Source: a candidate division WOR-3 bacterium | Lineage (GTDB): Bacteria; Hydrothermota; Tepidihabitantia; SM23-42; CAYGYG01 | DNA: 31,428 nt | Direction: 5' to 3' | Assembly: GCA_965648915.1 (NCBI GenBank) | Contig: CBFGIV010000026.1 | Coordinates: forward strand, 1-31,428 | Notes under the pieces: model-generated | Database searches by the model: none | The model's input: the letters and a program-made list of their open reading frames with translations, nothing else | What the model was told of the DNA's origin: nothing | Shown: positions 1 to 8,868 of the stretch, in pieces | How positions within the stretch are numbered: position 1 is the stretch's first letter | How the letters are laid out: each line of letters begins with the position of its first letter | Made by a program: the position numbers and the translations under genes

Positions 1-1
1 C

Positions 2-475
2 TATGAAACACACAGCACTGACCGAATGCACAATTATATGACAAATATTCTAATGAAAGAGATTGAAAGGTTTAATGGGGTGGTGATTTTGACGACAAAC
101 CGTGAAGTTGTCGTAGACGAGGCATTTGAGCGGAGGATAATTCTAAAGTTAAAGTTTGATATTCCTGGACCCGAAGAGCGGGCAAAGATATGGCGGAAAC
201 TGATTCCTGAAAAACTACCCCTTGCCAGTGATGTTGATTTTGAGAAATTGGGCAAGATATATGAACTGACCGGTGGTGAGATAAAGAATGCTATATTGAA
301 TGCAGTAACGGAGTGTGCATACCGGGGAGAGAAGCATCTGAAGATGGAATTGCTTGAAGAGTCAGCAATAAAGGAGACAAAGCGATTAAAGGGAAGGAAT
401 GGCAAACCTCTGGGTTTTGACATATCAGGCACGAAAGTGTCCAATTCGGGTAATAGATTCCTGGGAAGGATCTAA
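2..475 (+). CDS. AAA+ family ATPase, C-terminal part (5' end outside window)
   Basis: Frame is open from position 2 (YETHSTDRMHN...). Contains AAA sensor/SRH region VVILTTNR...DEAFERR and lid motif LTGGEIKNA. Walker A/B lie outside the window. Confidence 0.85.
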   Translation, partial: YETHSTDRMHNYMTNILMKEIERFNGVVILTTNREVVVDEAFERRIILKLKFDIPGPEERAKIWRKLIPEKLPLASDVDFEKLGKIYELTGGEIKNAILNAVTECAYRGEKHLKMELLEESAIKETKRLKGRNGKPLGFDISGTKVSNSGNRFLGRI

Positions 476-794
476 AGATTGCTTCCTCAAGAATTATTTG
501 TAATTGCCAGCATTTTCCACCACCTTACTTGTGCAAAAATTCGAATTTGTGAAATACTTAACTTCACGCGCTGTTAATTGAGCCCTCGAACAAATAATCT
601 TACCATTTGCATTTAGGGGCAGGTCTTGAATTTTGAAATTGGACGGGTTGTTGAAAGAATGGCGGTCCACCTGAAGCTGGACACTACGAAATTCGCAGGG
701 AAATCACTTATTTTGATTCCGGGCCTATGTTACTTTAATTCCACTCATCAGGGCGGTTATTGAGTATTTTTATTAGATAACCCTACATTTTTAC

Positions 795-822
795 TTGATA
801 TTTCATTTCCATTAACTATAAT
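795..822 (+). promoter_or_regulatory. sigma70-like promoter, probably leaderless transcript
   Basis: TTGATA(795-800)-N16-TATAAT(817-822). ATG 829 follows after 6 nt, with no Shine-Dalgarno. Confidence 0.7.
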
Positions 823-828
823 CCTCTA

Positions 829-2118
829 ATGCGGGCTTTGCTCGTCAATCCCTGGATTTACGACTTCAAGGCCTTCGATTTCTGGAATAAACCGATCGGC
901 CTCCTCCCCCTTGCTTCAATCCTGAAAAAGAACGGCTTTGAATTAGATCTTATCGACTGTCTCGATCGGAATCATCCTGCGCTTCCGATAAAGACCAGGA
1001 CCGATCCTTATGGTCGGGGTAAATATCTTTTCGAGGTTATTGAAAAGCCAGCCCTTTACTCTGAAGTGCCAAGAAGATATAAACGGTATGGATTACCCCG
1101 GGAGACTTTTATTAATTTACTCAATAATATTAAAATGCCCGATGTTATCCTGGTTACATCATCGATGACCTACTGGTACCTGGGGGTCTTCGAGGCAATC
1201 TCGATATTGAAGGATAAATTTCCCAAAATCCCGATTATGCTCGGAGGAGTTTATTCAAGCATCTGTGCGGAGCATGCCCGGAAAAAATCGGGTGCAGACT
1301 ATGTAGTTGTTGGGCCGGGTGAGAGAAAGATTGTCGAACTGCTCACTGCAATGAATCTGATCCAAAAACCAATCTATGAAGAGGATGTAATGCCTGATTA
1401 TAGTCTCTATCCACAACTCGATTATATTGTCATTAATACCTCAAGAGGCTGCCCATTCAAATGCACTTACTGTGCAATCCATAATCTGGTTCCTGATGTC
1501 CACTATTATAAGCCTGAAAAGATAATTGAAGCAATCAGGCAGTGGACCGAAACAAATTTGGTGAAGAATATCGCCTTCTTTGACGATGCCCTTTTAACAA
1601 ACCCGCACCTAAGGACAATCCTTGAGCAAATTGCACAATTGTATAGAGAGATATATCTACATTCTTCTAATGGTCTTCATGCAAGATATATGACCGGCGA
1701 GATTGCCCGATTGATGAAGCAGGCAAATTTTGAAACCATCTATTTAAGCCTTGAAACGATAAACGAAGAGCGACAAAAGGAGACTGGCAATAAAGTCATA
1801 ACTTCTGAATTTTTGGCAGCAATTAATAATTTGCTAAAATATAACTTTAAGCCAGAACAGATCCATGTCTATTTAATGGTTGGACTGCCGGACCAGTCTG
1901 AGGAAGAGGTCATCGAGAGCATCGATTTTTGCAAGAAACTTAAGATTAAGATCAACCTAACCGAATTCTCACCGATCCCGGGCACGGTTGAATATCAGAG
2001 GACCGGTCTTGAGTCAGATGCTGACCCTTTATTCCATAACAATACCTTTTATACCTGGTTCTACCCCGAACCAAAAATTGAATTCCTTAAGAAAGTTAAG
2101 CACCGACTGCAGGAATAA
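829..2118 (+). CDS. B12-binding domain radical SAM protein
   Basis: CPFKCTYC (CxxxCxxC) after TSRG. N-terminal cobalamin-binding-like region (LLVNP...PIGL...MLGGVY...GPGE). Confidence 0.9.
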   Translation: MRALLVNPWIYDFKAFDFWNKPIGLLPLASILKKNGFELDLIDCLDRNHPALPIKTRTDPYGRGKYLFEVIEKPALYSEVPRRYKRYGLPRETFINLLNNIKMPDVILVTSSMTYWYLGVFEAISILKDKFPKIPIMLGGVYSSICAEHARKKSGADYVVVGPGERKIVELLTAMNLIQKPIYEEDVMPDYSLYPQLDYIVINTSRGCPFKCTYCAIHNLVPDVHYYKPEKIIEAIRQWTETNLVKNIAFFDDALLTNPHLRTILEQIAQLYREIYLHSSNGLHARYMTGEIARLMKQANFETIYLSLETINEERQKETGNKVITSEFLAAINNLLKYNFKPEQIHVYLMVGLPDQSEEEVIESIDFCKKLKIKINLTEFSPIPGTVEYQRTGLESDADPLFHNNTFYTWFYPEPKIEFLKKVKHRLQE

Positions 2119-2163
2119 AAATTTTTCTCTACCCATACATTGGAATCGGCACAAAAAAAACCA

Positions 2164-2191
2164 TTGACAACCAGTAATCATCAGATAAAAT
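2164..2191 (+). promoter_or_regulatory. sigma70-like promoter of C25 peptidase gene
   Basis: TTGACA(2164-2169)-N16-TAAAAT(2186-2191). SD AGGAGG at 2206-2211. Confidence 0.7.
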
Positions 2192-2215
2192 ATACTTAAC
2201 TTGCAAGGAGGTTTG

Positions 2216-5200
2216 ATGTTTAATAAGTATATCGCCGTCCTTATTTCCATCGTAACTCTCTGGGCTGGGCGATTAAACCATACCGCGACCTTTTCGCCTT
2301 CTGATCTAAATTTCACTGCTGATGGAGGCTATGATGTGGTTAGTTTAAATGGTGCTCTGGCTACTCAAGAAGAAGGTAAACCGCTTCTGCCCCTGGTCAA
2401 TCTCAATGTTCTTATACCGCCCTCAGCCGAAATAAAAAATGTTACGGTAAAATCGTTCGACACTTATGAAATCCCGGGCGAATATTACATCCATCCGGTC
2501 CAGACCCCGAGGCCTTTATCTATCAAAAACCCGCCACCTTTTGTTCCTCCAGATCCAGCGGTTTACGAAACATCAAAACCCTATCCAGAAAAGATTGCCG
2601 AGATTGTCCCCTCAGGTTCTATGTCTGGTTATCGCATTGGTGGGGTTCTTCTCTATCCAGTCCAGTATAAACCGAGCGAGAAGAAGTTGATCCTCTATAC
2701 AAAGATAGAACTCGAGATCGAATACGAAGAAGGAGTCTACGAGGTTACCCCGATGACCGACCGTCAACTGACTGTCTTTGGTGAGAGGGCTCAGGAGATC
2801 GTGATCAATCCCGCCGATGTCGCAAACTTTTCACCGCCTGAGAAACAGACTTACAGTTTTAATACGACCGATTATGTGATTATCACCAGTAGCGCATTAA
2901 GTTCGGCATTTACCCCTTTGAAGAACTGGTTGACCAAAAAGGGGCTCAATACTGAGGTGGTGCCAGTTGAAACAATCTATGTCCGTTATACCGGCAGGGA
3001 CAATCCAGAAAAGATCAGAAACTTCATCACCGACTACTGGCGCAACAAAGGGTTGATCTGGGTTCTGATCGGTGGTGACGATATTGTCGTACCAGTGCGG
3101 ATGGGATACTGTTACTATTCCCCAAACAATGTTGCCACCGACCTCTATTATGCCGACCTTCAATGGTCCTGGGACGGGAACCGGAACAATCTCTTTGGTG
3201 AATTCGATCGGAATCATAGTGACCGGGGTGATACGGTTGACCTCTTCTATGATGTCTTTGTCGGCCGGGCACCGGTCGATAATGCCACCCATGTCGCAAA
3301 TTTCATAAGAAAAGATACAATCTATGAGAAGAGGCCACCAGACACAACCTATATCAGAAGAATCCTGATGCCTTCAGAATGGCTCTGGTCTAACATCGGT
3401 TATCATGGTAGAATCTGCAATCGGATTATTACTGGCTACTTCCCGACTACCTGGCGCAGGTCAAGAATCGATGATCCAACCGGCAACCAGATCAGAGATT
3501 CACTCAATGTTGGGTATAACTTCTGCCACATTGTTGGCCATGGTAGCCCGAACCAGGTCGGAGTCCTGACAATTTCGCTTGTTCCAACCCTGAACAATGT
3601 CAATAAGTTAAATATAATGAATTCAATCGCCTGTGAGTGTGGCTGGTTTGATGGTCAGGAATGTATGGCCGAAACCTTGATCAACTACCCTAATGGTGGT
3701 TGTGTTGCCGATATGCTAAACTCCCGCTACGGCTGGGGTGCACCACCCCTGATGGGGCCTTCAGAACAACTCTCGGTCGCCTTCTATCGCCACTTCTGGC
3801 AGAGCGGATGGGAGGTAGGTAGATGTCATGCCCTGGCCAAAGATGAACTGCGCAATGTGGCGATTGGTCAGTTCTCAGCCCGCTGGTCACATTATGCCTT
3901 AAACCTCTTCGGTGATCCTGCTCTGCCGATGCGCCGTGACATCCAAAGAACTGCAACGATAAATTATCCTTCCTCGATAACCACCGGACCACAGATGGTT
4001 AGAGTTACTGTCTCCTACGGTGGGACACCGGTCAAAGGTGCTCTGGTCTGTATAATGAAAGGGACTGAAACACATGGCTCAGGCTATACCAATTCTCAGG
4101 GTTGGATCGATCTCTTTGTCAATGCAACGACCACTGGTTCCGCTGATATTACTGTTACTGCCCGTGACTTCTGGACATTCGAAGGGACAATTACTGTGAA
4201 TAGCGGCTCACCCCGACCCTGCCTTGCCTTCCAGAGTCTCTATGTCGATGACGGGAATAATCATCGCCTCGATCCGGGTGAAACTGCCAACCTGATCGTT
4301 ACTCTGAAGAATGCGGGAAATGCAGTGGCCAATAATGTCCGCGGCACATTACGGACGACAAGTCCTTATATTACCCTGATCGATTCAACCTCAGTCTACG
4401 GTAACATAAACGGTGGTGATACGGCACGGGGCGATATCTATCGAGTAACTGCTTCACCATCAGCAAAGCATGGAACCGAAGTTGAGTTCATTGTCAATGC
4501 AGTTGCCAATGAAGGAACCTGGCAGCCGTTCACTAAGACAAAGATTGGCTTTCCGCTCTGGCCCGCAAGCCGGTTATGGGCAAACCACGATACGGCCTGG
4601 CTTTTACTGACCGTAACTGCCTTAGGTAGTATTGGCTCAACCGACTGGCGGGGAGAAGGGCATGGCTTCATCTATCCTGATACCACATCCTGGACGACCT
4701 CAAAACTCTGGCTCGGTAGTATGGCCTGTGGGACTGATCCCAATTATATTGTCGATCGTTATTTCGGTGTCCCCTGCTCCATCATCAACAAAGACTTTCG
4801 TGTCCTGGACAGTCTCTACCCTGTTATACCGCCTGCCTGGGGACACGAAGAGTATATCGCCACCTATGATGATGGCTATCATCCTGCAGCCAAAAATCTT
4901 CAGGTTACGCAACGCAGCCTTGCCCTCTACAATGCCGGCTATGACGATTTTGTAATCATTATCTACGACTACTACAACCGCGGTTCAAATCCGATTAACA
5001 ATCTCTATTCTGCAGTATTCTGTGACTTCCGGGCAACGATGTGGAATGAACTCGATACCGCGGATTATGGATATACCGATCCGACAAGACGCTTCGCCTA
5101 TGTAAAATATTCACTCACAACCCGTAGCCATGCCTTTGGCCTGAGGCTTTTAGACCCGAGAACCGCACGTAATGTATCCCTGATGAACTTAAAACTATAC

Positions 5201-5704
5201 ACCGGTATGCCTGATGCAGTCAAGGATACATTTATGACCGCTAAACGGACAATCAGTTCTGGACTAACCCCTTCCAACTGGGGTGTTGTTGTTTCAGCCG
5301 GACCCTATAACCTACCCGCGGGTGGTAGATGGCGATGTGCCTATGCGATTGTTGGCGGACACGATACTACTCAGGCGAAGATCCATAGCGACAGTGCTCA
5401 GTCCTGGTATGATCGATTTGTCGATATTGAAAATAGTGAACAACTCGAAGTCATCACGCGCCATTCACAAATAGTGATTAACTCTCGCATCTTTACCAAG
5501 TCCCTAAAGATCAAATATGATGTCCGAAATAACGAAAGGGTCACAATCAATGCCTTTGATGTCTCGGGCCGTCTGATTGATCGGGTGCTTGATATAACCG
5601 GCAATGCCAGTGGTGTTTCAACCTGGCAACCGAAAGGGCTTGCGGGTGGTATCTACTTCCTCAGGATAAATGATAAGATGGAAAAGGTCATCTACATAAA
5701 ATAA
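2216..5704 (+). CDS. Secreted C25 (gingipain-family) cysteine peptidase with propeptide, Ig-like domains and T9SS-like C-terminal domain
   Basis: Signal peptide; propeptide (EGKPLLP); C25 motifs DYVIIT, VLIGGD..VP, TDLYYADL, VFVGRAP; catalytic GHG and SIAC; NLFGDP; C-terminal FDVSGRLI...GIYFLRI. Start placed at ATG 2216 after AGGAGG rather than TTG 2201. Confidence 0.9.
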   Translation: MFNKYIAVLISIVTLWAGRLNHTATFSPSDLNFTADGGYDVVSLNGALATQEEGKPLLPLVNLNVLIPPSAEIKNVTVKSFDTYEIPGEYYIHPVQTPRPLSIKNPPPFVPPDPAVYETSKPYPEKIAEIVPSGSMSGYRIGGVLLYPVQYKPSEKKLILYTKIELEIEYEEGVYEVTPMTDRQLTVFGERAQEIVINPADVANFSPPEKQTYSFNTTDYVIITSSALSSAFTPLKNWLTKKGLNTEVVPVETIYVRYTGRDNPEKIRNFITDYWRNKGLIWVLIGGDDIVVPVRMGYCYYSPNNVATDLYYADLQWSWDGNRNNLFGEFDRNHSDRGDTVDLFYDVFVGRAPVDNATHVANFIRKDTIYEKRPPDTTYIRRILMPSEWLWSNIGYHGRICNRIITGYFPTTWRRSRIDDPTGNQIRDSLNVGYNFCHIVGHGSPNQVGVLTISLVPTLNNVNKLNIMNSIACECGWFDGQECMAETLINYPNGGCVADMLNSRYGWGAPPLMGPSEQLSVAFYRHFWQSGWEVGRCHALAKDELRNVAIGQFSARWSHYALNLFGDPALPMRRDIQRTATINYPSSITTGPQMVRVTVSYGGTPVKGALVCIMKGTETHGSGYTNSQGWIDLFVNATTTGSADITVTARDFWTFEGTITVNSGSPRPCLAFQSLYVDDGNNHRLDPGETANLIVTLKNAGNAVANNVRGTLRTTSPYITLIDSTSVYGNINGGDTARGDIYRVTASPSAKHGTEVEFIVNAVANEGTWQPFTKTKIGFPLWPASRLWANHDTAWLLLTVTALGSIGSTDWRGEGHGFIYPDTTSWTTSKLWLGSMACGTDPNYIVDRYFGVPCSIINKDFRVLDSLYPVIPPAWGHEEYIATYDDGYHPAAKNLQVTQRSLALYNAGYDDFVIIIYDYYNRGSNPINNLYSAVFCDFRATMWNELDTADYGYTDPTRRFAYVKYSLTTRSHAFGLRLLDPRTARNVSLMNLKLYTGMPDAVKDTFMTAKRTISSGLTPSNWGVVVSAGPYNLPAGGRWRCAYAIVGGHDTTQAKIHSDSAQSWYDRFVDIENSEQLEVITRHSQIVINSRIFTKSLKIKYDVRNNERVTINAFDVSGRLIDRVLDITGNASGVSTWQPKGLAGGIYFLRINDKMEKVIYIK

Positions 5705-5720
5705 CATAAGGATGTTTATG

Positions 5721-5752
5721 AAAAGGGCAGGTACAAAAGCCTGCCCTTTTTT
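5721..5752 (+). terminator. Rho-independent terminator
   Basis: AAAAGGGCAGG-N8-CCTGCCCTTTT perfect inverted repeat ending in a T run, just after the stop at 5704. Confidence 0.85.
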
Positions 5753-5774
5753 ATTATACCAGTGGATTTTTTTC

Positions 5775-5802
5775 TTGTCTTAACAAAAATTTAAAGTATA
5801 AT
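5775..5802 (+). promoter_or_regulatory. sigma70-like promoter, probably leaderless transcript
   Basis: TTGTCT-N16-TATAAT. ATG 5809 lies 6 nt downstream, no SD. Confidence 0.65.
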
Positions 5803-5808
5803 TAATCT

Positions 5809-6243
5809 ATGTCAATAAATCCATCTGTAACCGAAACAAATAAGATCGTTGTCCATTTCAAGAATGGGGTTATTCTTAAAGGATTGACCCACGACTTCAT
5901 CCCCGAGAAACCGAAATTCCATCTGACCCATCAAGACGGCAAGATTGAAGAAATCGATACTGAATCGCTGAAGGCAATCTTCTTTGTCAAATCTTATGAG
6001 GGCGATAAAAGTTACATGGATAAGAAGGGCTTTGCCGGAGTTGACCCCAAAAATATTCGGGGTCTAAAGATAAAGATAACTTTCTTTGATAATGAAGTAA
6101 TCTATGGTTCAACGATGGGCTACAGTAAACAGCGGAAAGGTTTTTTTGTCCTCCCGGTCGATCCAGCAAGTAATAATATCAGGATCTATGTTGTTGCCAG
6201 TTCGATTAAAGATGTAAAACTGGGTAGCCTGGCCGAGTCGTAA
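5809..6243 (+). CDS. Hypothetical protein with two similar halves (possibly DUF6982-like)
   Basis: 144-aa ORF with its own promoter. Halves resemble each other: KIVVHFKNGVILKGLT and KIKITFFDNEVIYGST. Family name is from memory and unverified. Confidence 0.7.
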   Translation: MSINPSVTETNKIVVHFKNGVILKGLTHDFIPEKPKFHLTHQDGKIEEIDTESLKAIFFVKSYEGDKSYMDKKGFAGVDPKNIRGLKIKITFFDNEVIYGSTMGYSKQRKGFFVLPVDPASNNIRIYVVASSIKDVKLGSLAES

Positions 6244-6263
6244 AGATTTACTGGCCTTCGGTA

Positions 6264-7310
6264 TTACTTAAGTTTCTGGGCAACTTCGGTGAAGAGCTTG
6301 TCGAGATCGCCGTCGATAATCTCTTCAAGATTGTAGAAACTGACATTTACCCGATGGTCGGTGACCCGATTCTGAGGGAAGTTGTAAGTCCTTATCTTTT
6401 CACTCCTTTCCCCGGTCCCAACCTGCTCTTTACGCTGATGGGATATCTTCTGCTCCTGTTCCCTCTTTTTCTGGTCAAGCAATTTTGCCCTGAGCACCTT
6501 CATCGCCTTTTCCCGATTACGATGCTGGGAACGTTCATCCTGGCAGGAGACAACCAGCCCGGTCGGGAGATGGGTGATTCTTACCGCGGAAGAAACCTTA
6601 TTGACATTCTGCCCCCCATGGCCTGAGGCGCGGAAGGTGTCAATTTTTAAATCCTTCTCATCAATATGATATTCAACATCCTTGACTTCGGGCAGGACCG
6701 CAACGGTGGCGGTCGATGTATGTAACCGGCCCGATGCCTCGGTAACAGGAATACGCTGGACCCGATGGACACCACTCTCGAACTTAAATATATTATAAGC
6801 ATTATCTCCCTCCACCAGAAAGATAATTTCCTTGAAGCCACCCAGATCGGTTGGATTGGAAGATAATATTTCCCACCTTAAATTTTTCTTTTCGATAAAT
6901 TTTGTATACATCCGGAAGAGATCCGCAGCAAACAATGCCGCCTCTTCACCACCGGCCCCGGCGCGTATCTCGATAATACAATTCCTTTCCCGCTCATCAT
7001 CTTTCTTGCCTTCAACCAATCGAGTAAGTTCTTCTTTGGCCCGGGACAACTTTGAATTCAGATCAACCAGCTCGGCCTCGGCCAGTTCGGCAATCTCTTT
7101 CTCATTGCTCTTTTTCAACTCAATGGTATCAACAATCAACTGCTCTAATTTTTTGATCAATTCATATTTACGAATTATCTCGTCAAGATGATTGAACTCT
7201 TTCAATAGTTCCTTCACCTTAAGTTTACTGGCAAGGACTTCGGGATCAGCCAGCGCCTTCTCTAACTCCTGATGCCGCTTTCGGAATTCGTCAATATTAA
7301 GGGTCGACAT
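6264..7310 (-). CDS. prfA: Peptide chain release factor 1
   Basis: EIRAGAGGEEA, ESGVHRVQRIPVTE (RF1-type PxT), GHGGQNVN, ERSEKIRTYNFPQNRVTDHR. SD GGAGG upstream. Confidence 0.97.
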   Translation of the reverse strand: MSTLNIDEFRKRHQELEKALADPEVLASKLKVKELLKEFNHLDEIIRKYELIKKLEQLIVDTIELKKSNEKEIAELAEAELVDLNSKLSRAKEELTRLVEGKKDDERERNCIIEIRAGAGGEEAALFAADLFRMYTKFIEKKNLRWEILSSNPTDLGGFKEIIFLVEGDNAYNIFKFESGVHRVQRIPVTEASGRLHTSTATVAVLPEVKDVEYHIDEKDLKIDTFRASGHGGQNVNKVSSAVRITHLPTGLVVSCQDERSQHRNREKAMKVLRAKLLDQKKREQEQKISHQRKEQVGTGERSEKIRTYNFPQNRVTDHRVNVSFYNLEEIIDGDLDKLFTEVAQKLK

Positions 7311-7421
7311 CTCTATCCTCCAGCAGAAGGGGTTAAGACAACAATCTTAAAGGTGATACCCGGTTTCAACAGATTGGAATATAATCAGTCCAATCTCCCT
7401 GACCGATTGATATAACATCTA

Positions 7422-8057
7422 TTAACCGCGCTCAAATTTTTCTTTAAGGGTGATATATCTTAAGTAGTCTTCGAGATCAGCGATATTTTTTATTATCAGC
7501 CGATCCCCTTCAATCGAAATAAGGCGCGCACTTACCAGACGACCGATAAAGTCCTTTACTTTATCGAGTTCAATCCCGACAAGATTGGTAAATGATTCGA
7601 TTGAAAATGGTGATATCTCAACACCGCCATTGGTCTTTTTACCCGACTCTTTACCGCGAGTCAAGAGCAGCGCGATGACCCGGCGCTCTTCACTCTTAAT
7701 CATCAAGAGTTTAATCTGTTCATCTGCGGCCCGCAGTCGGCGACTGAGCGTCTCCAGGACATAAGATATCAAAGGATTCTCTTTGATCTTCGAGTGAAAA
7801 GTCTCTTTGTCAATCATCAAAAGTACCACATCGTCGACCGCAATTGCCGAGGCCGAACGAGGACTGCCATCAATTATTGCCATTTCGCCAAAGAAGTCAC
7901 CCTCCTTAAGTATCGCCAATACCTTTTCCTCTTCCCCTTTACCTTTAACGATCTTGATCTTCCCCTGCCTGATTAAATACATCATATCTCCAACTTCACC
8001 CTCATGGAAGAGAACCTCACCACTTGACAATTTTTTTATTTTACCTTCGTCAGCCAT
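7422..8057 (-). CDS. Crp/Fnr family cyclic-nucleotide-binding regulator
   Basis: cNMP-binding motifs LFHEGE, GDFFGEMA, PRSASA; C-terminal HTH-like segment; SD AGGAGG. Confidence 0.88.
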   Translation of the reverse strand: MADEGKIKKLSSGEVLFHEGEVGDMMYLIRQGKIKIVKGKGEEEKVLAILKEGDFFGEMAIIDGSPRSASAIAVDDVVLLMIDKETFHSKIKENPLISYVLETLSRRLRAADEQIKLLMIKSEERRVIALLLTRGKESGKKTNGGVEISPFSIESFTNLVGIELDKVKDFIGRLVSARLISIEGDRLIIKNIADLEDYLRYITLKEKFERG

Positions 8058-8124
8058 CTTACCTCCTGATTATTAAAAAAACAAACTTCTGAGCAATACG
8101 GGCATAAATCAAAAAGACCTTATA

Positions 8125-8152
8125 ATAATATACGATTTATGGCTAATGTCAA
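8125..8152 (-). promoter_or_regulatory. sigma70-like promoter of Crp/Fnr gene
   Basis: Minus strand TTGACA(8152-8147)-N16-TATTAT(8130-8125). Confidence 0.65.
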
Positions 8153-8161
8153 TAATTAATT

Positions 8162-8686
8162 TTATTGTCGGTTCAAGAGATTTTGAGCATAATCGAGCAG
8201 GCGCCGTTTTTCATTCTTGAAATTGCATTCATACAAAGGATCCGGGATCAGATTTAGAATTTCGATAGCATAATTGATCGATGTCATTGCCTCTGAATAA
8301 TCATGCCTTGTTGCTTTACTGAGGAGTTTGGCATCGGCCGTTTTTAGCATCTGGTCCAGGTGCTTAAGCGAAATAGGGAAAATCATCCGGGGATTCAGTT
8401 TTACTTCATAAAGATATAAGGAGCCGAAATTGTCATCGACCGCGGTCCCGCTTTTAAAATAGATCGCCAGAGTCTTAATCGTTGAGTCATAAGGGATAAT
8501 CTGAAAGAACCAGCCGGTTGATCTTTTCATCATCACTTCCTGCCAGGGACTGCCATCCCGCGCATAAACTATCGTGTATTGGCCCTGAGCAATTGTCGGT
8601 GTATATTTCACAACCAGTTCATTCTTTCCCTTGAGGAAGAAAAGATTTGGTCCAGCAAAGATACATAAAACAGCAATTAAACTCAT
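8162..8686 (-). CDS. Hypothetical exported protein, possible CBM-like N-terminal domain
   Basis: Start ATG 8686 follows GGAGG; hydrophobic N-terminus MSLIAVLCIFAG; contains DDNFGSLY. Confidence 0.65.
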   Translation of the reverse strand: MSLIAVLCIFAGPNLFFLKGKNELVVKYTPTIAQGQYTIVYARDGSPWQEVMMKRSTGWFFQIIPYDSTIKTLAIYFKSGTAVDDNFGSLYLYEVKLNPRMIFPISLKHLDQMLKTADAKLLSKATRHDYSEAMTSINYAIEILNLIPDPLYECNFKNEKRRLLDYAQNLLNRQ

Positions 8687-8711
8687 AGAGCCTCCAGTCT
8701 TTCCCGTTCTC

Positions 8712-8739
8712 ATTTTAATATAAAAACCACGTAAGTCAA
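8712..8739 (-). promoter_or_regulatory. sigma70-like promoter
   Basis: Minus strand TTGACT(8739-8734)-N16-TAAAAT(8717-8712). Confidence 0.65.
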
Positions 8740-8760
8740 GGGATATTTCAGATTCTAATC

Positions 8761-8820
8761 AAACCGACCAAATAAACTAAACAGACTAAAAAGACCAGTA
8801 GACCAGATAGATTGACAGAT
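8761..8820. repeat. Degenerate ~9-nt tandem repeat
   Basis: accgaccaa ataaactaa acagactaa aaagaccag tagaccaga tagattgac; imperfect copies of an (A)GACYA core. Confidence 0.4.
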
Positions 8821-8868
8821 CCATTATCGCACATCGGCCGGCGCCGACTTTTTAAAAGAAGATAGCAA

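Noticed and set aside
2..475. AAA ATPase as part of a defence or contractile-injection system
   Set aside because: Only the C-terminus is visible and no partner genes are in the window.
476..828. CRISPR array, tRNA or riboswitch in the larger intergenic gaps (also 18673-19044)
   Set aside because: No spaced direct repeats, cloverleaf, or cobalamin/SAM riboswitch consensus visible by eye.
2201..2215. TTG start at 2201 (similarly TTG 27878)
   Set aside because: The extension contains the SD for the downstream ATG (2216; 27863).
8687..8713. Tracked ATG start at 8713
   Set aside because: It overlaps the predicted -10 box. ATG 8686 has a GGAGG SD and begins a signal-like sequence.
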